Of a stretch of DNA of 57,251 nucleotides, positions 1 through 7,495 are shown in pieces (the first letter of the stretch is position 1; the number at the start of each line of letters is the position of its first letter). Source of the stretch: a virus (taxonomy: Duplodnaviria > Caudoviricetes); the IMG/VR virus record IMGVR_UViG_3300046468_000977, positions 1-57,251 of that record, one strand, 5' to 3'. Below the pieces are notes generated by a model, which was given only the letters and a program-made list of their open reading frames with translations, was not told where the DNA came from and searched no databases. The position numbers and the translations under genes are program-made.

Positions 1-1490
1 GTGTTAGCAGAAATCGCACTAGCTTGAGCAGAAGTGATTCCGGTCTTAGCTGTGTTAGCTACAATAGCGTCAGCTTGCCCAGAAGTAATTCCGGTCTTTG
101 CTGTGTTAGCTGAAATGGCACTAGCTTGGCTTGTCGTAATTCCGACCTTAGCTGTGTTAGCAGAAATCGCACTAGCTTGAGCAGAAGTAATTCCGGTCTT
201 AGCTGTGTTTGCTACAATAGCGTCAGCTTGCTCAGTAGTAATTCCGGTCTTAGCTGTGTTAGCGGAAATGGCACTAGCTTGGCTTGTTGTAATTCCAACC
301 TTAGCTGTGTTAGCAGAAATCGCACTAGCTTGAGCAGAAGTGATTCCGGTCTTAGCTGTGTTAGCTGTAATCGCATCAGCTTGGCTTGTCGTAATCCCGA
401 CCTTAGCTGTGTTCGCGGTAATCGCACTAGCTTGAGCAGATGTGATTCCGGTCTTAAGTGTGTTCGCGGAAATCTCACTAGCTTGAGCAGAAGTAATTCC
501 GGTCTTAGCTGTGTTAGCTGTAATCGCATCAGCTTGACTTGACGTGATCCCAACCTTAGCTGTGTTAACTACAATAGCGTCAGCTTGCCCAGAAGTAATT
601 CCGGTCTTAAGTGTGTTCGTGGCAATCGCACTAGACTGGCTTGCTGTAATCCCAACCTTAGCTGTGTTCGCTGTAATCGCATCCGCTTGGCTTGTTGTAA
701 TTCCAACCTTAGCTGTGTTCGCGGAAATCGCACTAGCTTGAGCAGATGTGATTCCGGTCTTAGCTGTGTTCGCTGTAATCGCATCAGCTTGGCTTGTCGT
801 AATCCCGACCTTAGCTGTGTTCAACGCTACTGCCGAGTTATTAGATGTTACATACGCACCAAATGCATCGTCATTAGTAGTATCAACGGAGTTAATTAAA
901 GTTACAATTTCAGCGAAAGAATCTTTGTCTGCATCTGCGGAGTCCAGAATTGCCGTGATGTTACTAGTGTTCGTGGCAATCGCACTAGACTGGCTTGCTG
1001 TAATCCCAACCTTAGCTGTGTTCGCTGTAATCGCATCAGCTTGGCTTGTCGTAATCCCGACCTTAGCTGTGTTCGCGGTGATCGCACTAGCTTGAGCAGA
1101 TGTGATTCCGGTCTTGAGTGTGTTCGCTGAAATCTCACTAGCTTGTCCAGTAGTGATTCCGGTCTTGAGTGTGTTCGCGGTAATCGCACTAGCTTGCCCA
1201 GAAGTAATTCCAGTCTTAGCTGTGTTCGCTGTGATCGCATCAGCTTGGCTTGTCGTAATCCCAACCTTAGCTGTGTTCGCGGTAATCGCACTAGCTTGCC
1301 CAGAAGTAATTCCAGTCTTAGCTGTGTTCGCTGTAATCGCATCAGCTTGGCTTGTCGTAATCCCGACCTTAGCTGTGTTCGCTGTGATCGCATCAGCTTG
1401 ACTTGTCGTAATCCCAACTTTAGCTGTGTTCGCGGTAATCGCACTAGCTTGCCCAGAAGTAATTCCAGTCTTAGCTGTGTTCGCTTCAAT
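1..1490. repeat. 51-bp degenerate tandem repeat (17-aa coding unit), two blocks (~1-820 and ~965-1490)
   Basis: gtgttagc/gtgttcgc recurs at 1, 52, 103 and onward with period 51. The blocks are separated by a unique insert coding ILDSADADKDSFAEIVTLINSVDTTNDD. Confidence 0.95.
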
Positions 1491-1961
1491 CTCGCTTACT
1501 GCAAACGACTCAAGTTTTTCTTTAAGGGCAGTAGTAAAGTTTTCGTCGGTTTGTGCGGATACAATAAAATTAATTTTATTTGCAGCATCATCATACGTCA
1601 CAGTTATGCCAGTTTCAGTATTTCCTGAAAGCATTGAACCTACTGAATCTTGCACCTGCTCATCCCCTGTAGCAGATACTGCGAAATCTAAAGTCCCATC
1701 TGAATCCTGATACGTAACCGTGATCCCTGTTTCAGTGTTCCCAGTGACCATACCACCCACGGCATCCTGAATTGCCTCCAATAAGGGAACACCATTAATG
1801 GTTAAGGCATCTGTTTCTAACGAACCGTCTACATCTAGGTTCTGAGAAATGTCCAGACTCCCGTTAATTGACCCACCACCACCAAAAGATGCTGCTGGGT
1901 TCGCTGATGTAACAGTCACAGTATTCGGTGACTGAACTATAGTTACTGTTTCGTTAGCCAT
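1..1961 (-). CDS. Tail fibre / long repetitive virion fibre protein, partial (runs off the left end; absent from the ORF track because it has no stop)
   Basis: ATG at 1961 gives MANETVTIVQSPNTVTVTSANPAASF..., then two GNTETGITVTY modules and ~26 copies of a 17-aa repeat (ANTAKxGITxxQAxAIx). I saw no stop in the stretches I translated, and the frame is still in register at position 3. Confidence 0.85.
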   Translation of the reverse strand, partial: MANETVTIVQSPNTVTVTSANPAASFGGGGSINGSLDISQNLDVDGSLETDALTINGVPLLEAIQDAVGGMVTGNTETGITVTYQDSDGTLDFAVSATGDEQVQDSVGSMLSGNTETGITVTYDDAANKINFIVSAQTDENFTTALKEKLESFAVSEIEANTAKTGITSGQASAITANTAKVGITTSQADAITANTAKVGITTSQADAITANTAKTGITSGQASAITANTAKVGITTSQADAITANTAKTGITSGQASAITANTLKTGITTGQASEISANTLKTGITSAQASAITANTAKVGITTSQADAITANTAKVGITASQSSAIATNTSNITAILDSADADKDSFAEIVTLINSVDTTNDDAFGAYVTSNNSAVALNTAKVGITTSQADAITANTAKTGITSAQASAISANTAKVGITTSQADAITANTAKVGITASQSSAIATNTLKTGITSGQADAIVVNTAKVGITSSQADAITANTAKTGITSAQASEISANTLKTGITSAQASAITANTAKVGITTSQADAITANTAKTGITSAQASAISANTAKVGITTSQASAISANTAKTGITTEQADAIVANTAKTGITSAQASAISANTAKVGITTSQASAISANTAKTGITSGQADAIVANTAKTGITSAQASAISAN

Positions 1962-1962
1962 T

Positions 1963-2376
1963 TTATGAAGTTATTTCGGTCTTAATATCAAAGGTTAATC
2001 TTATGTGGTGGGCTGTTTCCTCCCTCGCACCCGCATCATCAAGTGTGAAAATTTTTAAGTCCCCATACACAGTGACATCTTCGTTGGGTAATAAAGATGC
2101 TTGAGCAGTTGACCATGTTAATTGGATGTTTGGTCCCGCTGCCGTATAAGAAAAACCAATCCGACCATCGGATTCCGATGATGCAGGAGTAGTAGCTCCG
2201 TGTCGCAGGACATCAATTATCTGGCCCATGAAACTGTCCCCACGTTTTTTGCGAATCACTAATTCAGCGTCAAATGCCCCAGATGCACTCAAATCTAAAG
2301 CATTAGATTCTCCAGCTAGTTTGTATGTAACATCAATCTGTTGATTTTGCCCCCTCTGTAATTGTATATTAGCCAT
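1963..2376 (-). CDS. Putative virion protein (small beta-sandwich, fibre-attachment type)
   Basis: 137-aa ORF immediately upstream of the fibre gene. Beta-rich pattern (IQLQRGQ...IDVTYK...LDLS...VYGDLKI) typical of fibre-associated adaptor domains. Confidence 0.55.
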   Translation of the reverse strand: MANIQLQRGQNQQIDVTYKLAGESNALDLSASGAFDAELVIRKKRGDSFMGQIIDVLRHGATTPASSESDGRIGFSYTAAGPNIQLTWSTAQASLLPNEDVTVYGDLKIFTLDDAGAREETAHHIRLTFDIKTEITS

Positions 2377-2378
2377 TA

Positions 2379-3050
2379 TTACTGTTCAGTTAAGGTGTAT
2401 CTATAGTCAACAATGCTTACCAACTCAACTACAGTGGATGAGCTGAACACGGTTCCTGTGGCCAAATCCTTCTTCGTTTCGCCATCCAAGTCATAGACGG
2501 TTCCTGTCGTCGCACCATCTGTCGTGGTTTTAAGAATGTATATATCTCCGCTTGAAGAATGATTGGGCGATGCCGTAGGAGTCATCAAATATGTTCCCGC
2601 AGTAGTCACCGCCGCATCAAAAGTTATTACCCCCGCTGCTGTTACTGATGCCACTCCCAAACTAGTCTGAGAAGATACACCAGTCTTGACTTTAACGATG
2701 TTACTGGAGTCAGCCCCCAATGAAATCAAATTTACAAAACCTGCTGGAATCTTAATGTCCCAGTTGCTACCCCCATCAAGACTCACGAACAAGGAACCAG
2801 ATGTGTTAACATTCTTGATCATCAACAATCCTTGAGGATCGTTAGATCCCATCGTTCCCGTATCAACAGATGCCGCAGCATATACTGCTCTCGCGCCTCC
2901 AGCAGCATATTGTGATGTAGTATTAGTTCTGGAATAGCCACTTGATTTACTCGTAAAATTCTCATTATGATTGTGGTTACCATACGTAAGCCTCACATTC
3001 CCATTTATTGAAGTTGGCATCCCTGAAATATACCTTGAAGTGAACCCCAT
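2379..3050 (-). CDS. Putative virion structural protein (S/T/G-rich, beta-rich)
   Basis: 223-aa ORF coupled to the next gene by TAATAATG; composition typical of structural proteins. Confidence 0.6.
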   Translation of the reverse strand: MGFTSRYISGMPTSINGNVRLTYGNHNHNENFTSKSSGYSRTNTTSQYAAGGARAVYAAASVDTGTMGSNDPQGLLMIKNVNTSGSLFVSLDGGSNWDIKIPAGFVNLISLGADSSNIVKVKTGVSSQTSLGVASVTAAGVITFDAAVTTAGTYLMTPTASPNHSSSGDIYILKTTTDGATTGTVYDLDGETKKDLATGTVFSSSTVVELVSIVDYRYTLTEQ

Positions 3051-3080
3051 TACAAGCCTGTGTATTTAACAGCATCGGTG

Positions 3081-3108
3081 TTGACTTGAAAAGTTCCCCC
3101 ACTATATT
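3081..3108 (+). promoter_or_regulatory. Sigma70-type promoter, leaderless
   Basis: TTGACT-16 nt-TATATT, 6 nt before ATG 3115. Confidence 0.6.
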
Positions 3109-3114
3109 TCGGGC

Positions 3115-3843
3115 ATGGCTGAACCCAAACATCACAATGTATTCCTAGCAACCCCAGCATTTGGTTATCAAACATTCGTTAACTACACGAACAGTTTAAT
3201 CAAAATATTATCCACAACCCCACCAAAAGATATTAGTTTTAGCTTGGCTATTCACTTACACTCAGGAAGTGCCATGATAAGCCACGCAAGGAATGACTGT
3301 GTTAAACACTTCCTTAATGGGCCATACACAAAACTGTTGTTCGTTGACGCAGATATTGGCTTTGAACCAAATGATTTTTGGCGTCTTCTTAGACGAGATG
3401 AAGATATTGCCTTCGCACCTTACATAACCAAGAATATAACTGGTCCAGAAAAATCTAAGTTTGTATTAAAATTTAAAGATCCCGACAATAAGGTAATTCA
3501 ATCCGACGGTTTTGTTGAAGCTTTATCCGGCCCAACTGGTTTTATGATGATTGATCGTGAGGTCTTCACTAAATTAGACGAGGCATACCCCGACTCAGCT
3601 ACTAGAATGACCCAAATTAAAAATGGTGCAGTAGTGGAAGATCTAAATTATCCATCTTACTTCGATTGTATTACACATGAAAAACTAGGCGCACTTGGAG
3701 AAGACATCTCATTCTGCAAGAAATGGGAAGAAATGGGTGGGACTATGTGGGTAGATACGGAAGCGTCACTAACACACTACGGTATATACTCTTTCCAGTC
3801 TGAGTTGGGACTTAGTTTAAGGCAGGAACAATCTAAAAAATAG
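3115..3843 (+). CDS. Glycosyltransferase (GT-A fold, GT2-like phage family)
   Basis: Motifs ATPAFG, HARN, LLFVDADI (DxD), TGFMMIDREVF, GEDISFC, LTHYG. Confidence 0.8.
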   Translation: MAEPKHHNVFLATPAFGYQTFVNYTNSLIKILSTTPPKDISFSLAIHLHSGSAMISHARNDCVKHFLNGPYTKLLFVDADIGFEPNDFWRLLRRDEDIAFAPYITKNITGPEKSKFVLKFKDPDNKVIQSDGFVEALSGPTGFMMIDREVFTKLDEAYPDSATRMTQIKNGAVVEDLNYPSYFDCITHEKLGALGEDISFCKKWEEMGGTMWVDTEASLTHYGIYSFQSELGLSLRQEQSKK

Positions 3844-3853
3844 AAGATACACG

Positions 3854-3899
3854 AGCATAAAAAGACCCTGAAGCAATGTGCCGCAGGATCTTTTATGCT
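3854..3899. terminator. Probable bidirectional terminator between convergent genes
   Basis: Inverted repeat agcataaaa..ga.cctg / cagga.tcttttatgct. Confidence 0.6.
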
Positions 3900-3920
3900 A
3901 TGAGTAACCTACTACTCTAA

Positions 3921-4322
3921 TTATCGGACGGTAGAATTTCTACCATACATATACAAGGCGAATTTTTCAGGTTCTTTTACAGCCATTTCAACCATCGAAG
4001 GATCTTTATCAAGTGCTTCTTTGATTGCCATTAGCTTTGCTTCGCTCTTACCTGAACTAGGATCAAATGTTTCATCGTAAACAATTTGATACAAGCTCTC
4101 CATATCTAAGTCAGGTTCTTCAGTAGACTCTTCCATCGCTTCTTCAAGCATTGGGGCTTCTGATTCCTCTTCCTCTGGCGACATTCGTGATTCAACCATG
4201 TCAGAAAATGACGGGTCTTCCTCTGGCGCAGGTTCTTCTGATGATCCTAATTCAGCTTTTAAGCTATCAAGAATCGATTGAGTTTCTGCAATCTTTTCCT
4301 CTAGTTGTTCTTTCTCCATCAT
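3921..4322 (-). CDS. Acidic hypothetical late protein downstream of the capsid gene
   Basis: 133-aa Glu-rich ORF with an N-terminal coiled coil and internal SFSDMVESRM motif. Confidence 0.7.
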   Translation of the reverse strand: MMEKEQLEEKIAETQSILDSLKAELGSSEEPAPEEDPSFSDMVESRMSPEEEESEAPMLEEAMEESTEEPDLDMESLYQIVYDETFDPSSGKSEAKLMAIKEALDKDPSMVEMAVKEPEKFALYMYGRNSTVR

Positions 4323-4327
4323 TTGTT

Positions 4328-4373
4328 TATAAAGTAAAGCGGGGGTGAAGGATTTTTATTCCCCACCCCCGCT
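4328..4373 (-). terminator. Intrinsic terminator after the major capsid gene
   Basis: 10-bp stem agcgggggtg/cacccccgct followed on the minus strand by a U-rich tract. Confidence 0.8.
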
Positions 4374-4396
4374 GGTTATTGTTACGTGTATGTCAA

Positions 4397-5776
4397 TTAA
4401 ACTTTAGCGACATCGGCTGCTGCTGCATCGCGCTTGAAGATGACGACATAACCGAAGTCAGTTTTAATTGGCTTCGAAGCGGCTGCAAGAACACCACGGA
4501 AGAAACCTACGGTTCCGTCTGGGTTAGTTGTTTCGCTGAGGATGTTACTCCACTTGAAATCACCAGAGTAATTAACTGGGTTGAATGTCAAACCGTTAGA
4601 ACCACTGAATGGAGCAGGAATCTGAGACTCCATTACTTCAGGGTGGATAACGTAAGCTACCTCGTAAGGTGCGCTATCATAGTCACCATCTACTGAAGTA
4701 ACTCCTTTGACAACTTTGTAAGGCTCGACACGCTCAAGGAGTCCAGCACCACCCGCTGCGTCTTTGAAGCGTGGGGCAAGGTCATCAACCAAGTGGTAGA
4801 AACCACGGTATGAACGCTCAACACCAAGTGGGGCAACTAGTTCTCCAACCCGTGCGTTGTTATAACGGAGGTTGTCGCGGAACACTTCAGACTCAGTAAC
4901 AAGCTGATTAGATGCTTCCGAAGAGCAAACAAGTCCAAACACTGGGCGACCGTTTTCACGACCGTAAGCACCTTGAGAAGCTCCTTTGCGGATCAACTGG
5001 AAGTAGATCTTGTCGAGAAGAGCGTTCGAGATGTTTGCATTAATTGAGGACTCGGTTCCAGCATCAGCAGGACCAGTGTTAAATCCTCCAATTGTTGCGG
5101 TATCTTGACCTTCAACAGGCTTACTGTTAACAGTGGTGCTAAACGACGAAGAAGTTGTTTTACAAACAACAAAAGTTCCTGCAAGACGGTCAAACTCATC
5201 ACGATAACGCTGCTCCCAAATATGACGGGTAGCTTCAGACAACGTGTCAATAACAGCGCGAAGTTGCTCTTGGCGGTGTGCTGCGTAACGAAGGTCATCA
5301 ACGCTGATGCGTGGTGACTCGACAATTGAACGCTCAATACTATACGCCTTGAGTTGCTTACTGAAGTTAACGAAGTTACGACGATCTCCAGAAGTCGCCA
5401 ATCCGGCTGCTCCTGCATCGTTACCCGGACCATTTGGTCCCTGAACTTGATCGGCAGCGTCTGTAAGTTGCTGATCGGTCTGAGAAACGCCAAATGCATT
5501 TGCGGCAGTGTTGAGACCACCTACGGAATCCCATCGGACTCCTTGCGCGGTTCCTTCTTCATCAGTCGTAGGGACTGAACGATCATAGATCAAAGTGGTA
5601 AGTTGATATCCCATTCCTTCTGGGAAAGTTGATTTCTTAACAAGGTCAATCCAAGGAGAGGTGTGCATCATACGCTGATGGACATCTGCTCCAATTCGGT
5701 TTGCTTCCTCGGTGAGGATTGTGTTAATTGCGTTTGCGCTTCCTCCAAGGAAGTCGTTTGCATGTGGGTCTCTCAT
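4397..5776 (-). CDS. Major capsid protein (probable)
   Basis: 459 aa, in the order portal-small ORF-scaffold-this gene, with its own promoter and a strong terminator. Assigned mainly by synteny. Confidence 0.8.
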   Translation of the reverse strand: MRDPHANDFLGGSANAINTILTEEANRIGADVHQRMMHTSPWIDLVKKSTFPEGMGYQLTTLIYDRSVPTTDEEGTAQGVRWDSVGGLNTAANAFGVSQTDQQLTDAADQVQGPNGPGNDAGAAGLATSGDRRNFVNFSKQLKAYSIERSIVESPRISVDDLRYAAHRQEQLRAVIDTLSEATRHIWEQRYRDEFDRLAGTFVVCKTTSSSFSTTVNSKPVEGQDTATIGGFNTGPADAGTESSINANISNALLDKIYFQLIRKGASQGAYGRENGRPVFGLVCSSEASNQLVTESEVFRDNLRYNNARVGELVAPLGVERSYRGFYHLVDDLAPRFKDAAGGAGLLERVEPYKVVKGVTSVDGDYDSAPYEVAYVIHPEVMESQIPAPFSGSNGLTFNPVNYSGDFKWSNILSETTNPDGTVGFFRGVLAAASKPIKTDFGYVVIFKRDAAAADVAKV

Positions 5777-5848
5777 AATAAATAATAAGTAAGGGTGTTA
5801 ATAGAAATGCCTCCTCGTCGTGAGGGACACAATTGTTTTAGTATCTGT

Positions 5849-5972
5849 AAACCGCACTTAGAACTAGTTAAAGGTTAGAGCAACCTATGCGGGTTCGACG
5901 AGTCGTAGCTCAATCTTTTAAGACCAACTCATTAGAACTATTTATGTGGCTAGAGCAACCAAGTTAGAACTT
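5849..5972 (-). promoter_or_regulatory. Structured 5' leader of the capsid gene with tandem hairpin/AGUUCUAA units
   Basis: Hairpins UGGUUG-CUC-UAGCCA (5947-5961) and AGGUUG-CUC-UAACCU (5872-5886); AGUUCUAA at 5964-5971, 5932-5939 and 5858-5865. Confidence 0.55.
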
Positions 5973-5978
5973 AGGCGT

Positions 5979-6007
5979 AGAATAATTTAACCTAAGTTAT
6001 ATGTCAA
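5979..6007 (-). promoter_or_regulatory. Sigma70-type promoter for the capsid gene
   Basis: TTGACA-17 nt-TATTCT. Confidence 0.7.
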
Positions 6008-6015
6008 CACCTAGA

Positions 6016-7194
6016 TTATTGTCCAGCGAACGCTGCTTCAATACGATCAGTGAATGACAGGTTATCTCCTTTTGCGGAAGATGATGGTGCTGATCCAGAC
6101 ATTTTAGGCTCTGCTCCCTCGAACTCAGCAAGACGGTCTGTCAGAATTTCATTCTCCTTTCGCATTCCCATATACTCCCTTACAATAGAAGGTAAAATCT
6201 GTGCGCTAACAGAATTATATGTGTAGTCCACAGGGTGGATTACACTGGGATCTACTTCGGCTGCTTTAGCTTGAATAGCTCCCATGTCCAACCCATCAAT
6301 CCCACTCAAGAATGGAAGTTTTTTCTGGACCCTCGCTACGACATTCTTTGCTGCATTGTTTCTTTCTTTGGCTCTTTCTGCCAACTCTGCTTCCTCTTGT
6401 TGTTCTTTTGCTAAGTTAGCTTCACTCAATGCTTGAGATGCATTCTCCATCATTGCTTCTCTCCTCTGAAGAATAGGGCTCAGGTCTTCAATCATTCGAT
6501 AGATCCGCGCCTTATCTCTATCCGTCGCATCCACCAAAAGCTCAGTCAATCTAGCGTCCTGCTCCCCAGCATCCTGAATAGCAAGGGCTTCCACTAGGTC
6601 ATCCGCAGGAACTTCATACTTTTCCGCAATCTCTCTAGTATTATCGATAAGTTTATCTAAAGGTTTAGTAATCGCGTCTTTATACACTTGTGTATCTTCA
6701 AGATCAGTGAACATTTTTTCGCGCTCATATTCTGCTAACTTCTCTTGCAGTTCTTCAATGTCCGTTCCGGCAACTTCACCAGAAAGTTCTTTTACTTTGA
6801 CATCACTTTCTGATGCCTGTTGACGTAACGCTTCAAGCTCATCTGTTGCAGATTTAAGTTCACTCTTCAATTGCTTGAATCGAGACGCAGCTTTAGGAGT
6901 CCAGTCATCTCCAATGTCCTCATTTAGGTCATCTGTAGGATCAAAACTTTCTTCCTTGGCTTCTGGCTCAGTTTCTGTAGACTCTTCGGTCGCTTCTTCT
7001 GTGACCTCTTCAGCTTCCGCTTCTACCTCTGCTACCTCTTCTTCGGCGGGTTCTGGCTCTGGCTCTGGATCTGGCTCTGGCTCTGGGTTTTCCAATCGGG
7101 CAAAGGCCGCATCAAGTGCAGATCCAAAATCTAACTGGGCTTCTGCTTCTGGCAACGCTTCTACTGGGTCAGCTACTTCAATTTCTTCACTCAT
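6016..7194 (-). CDS. Capsid scaffolding protein (probable)
   Basis: 392 aa, very acidic, PE repeats, long predicted coiled coils, located between portal and capsid genes. Confidence 0.75.
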   Translation of the reverse strand: MSEEIEVADPVEALPEAEAQLDFGSALDAAFARLENPEPEPDPEPEPEPAEEEVAEVEAEAEEVTEEATEESTETEPEAKEESFDPTDDLNEDIGDDWTPKAASRFKQLKSELKSATDELEALRQQASESDVKVKELSGEVAGTDIEELQEKLAEYEREKMFTDLEDTQVYKDAITKPLDKLIDNTREIAEKYEVPADDLVEALAIQDAGEQDARLTELLVDATDRDKARIYRMIEDLSPILQRREAMMENASQALSEANLAKEQQEEAELAERAKERNNAAKNVVARVQKKLPFLSGIDGLDMGAIQAKAAEVDPSVIHPVDYTYNSVSAQILPSIVREYMGMRKENEILTDRLAEFEGAEPKMSGSAPSSSAKGDNLSFTDRIEAAFAGQ

Positions 7195-7195
7195 A

Positions 7196-7492
7196 TTATT
7201 CTATGTGGGTCCACTCGTTAAGAGTTGTTGCATTGTTTTTGATTGTTTCAGGTAATTTTGTCAACTTCTGAAGATCATTAAATGCATCACGATACCCTGC
7301 ATACCAAGCAAGGCGCTGCGAATTGTCCTCAATTGATTGCAAATTCCCATACGATGGGCCAGCAACTTCCTTCAAAATAGCGGTCGCTTGTCTAAAACTA
7401 TCTGAGTTGAGTAGGTTTCTCAGTTCCTCAACGGCAGCTAAGTCGTTAAACCAGCGGTCAATAGGTATCGGTGGGGTCGGATGTTTCGGCAT
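7196..7492 (-). CDS. Small head-associated protein between portal and scaffold
   Basis: 98-aa ORF tightly packed between neighbours, at a position common in podovirus head modules. Confidence 0.65.
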   Translation of the reverse strand: MPKHPTPPIPIDRWFNDLAAVEELRNLLNSDSFRQATAILKEVAGPSYGNLQSIEDNSQRLAWYAGYRDAFNDLQKLTKLPETIKNNATTLNEWTHIE

Positions 7493-7495
7493 TAC

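Noticed and set aside
1-1490. CRISPR array
   Set aside because: Units are contiguous 51-bp coding repeats without unique spacers, and there is no cas operon.
126-1710. Many overlapping Cys-rich, hydrophobic or Leu/Arg-rich ORFs in the track
   Set aside because: Alternate-frame shadows of the repeat; the real gene is the open minus-strand frame from 1961.
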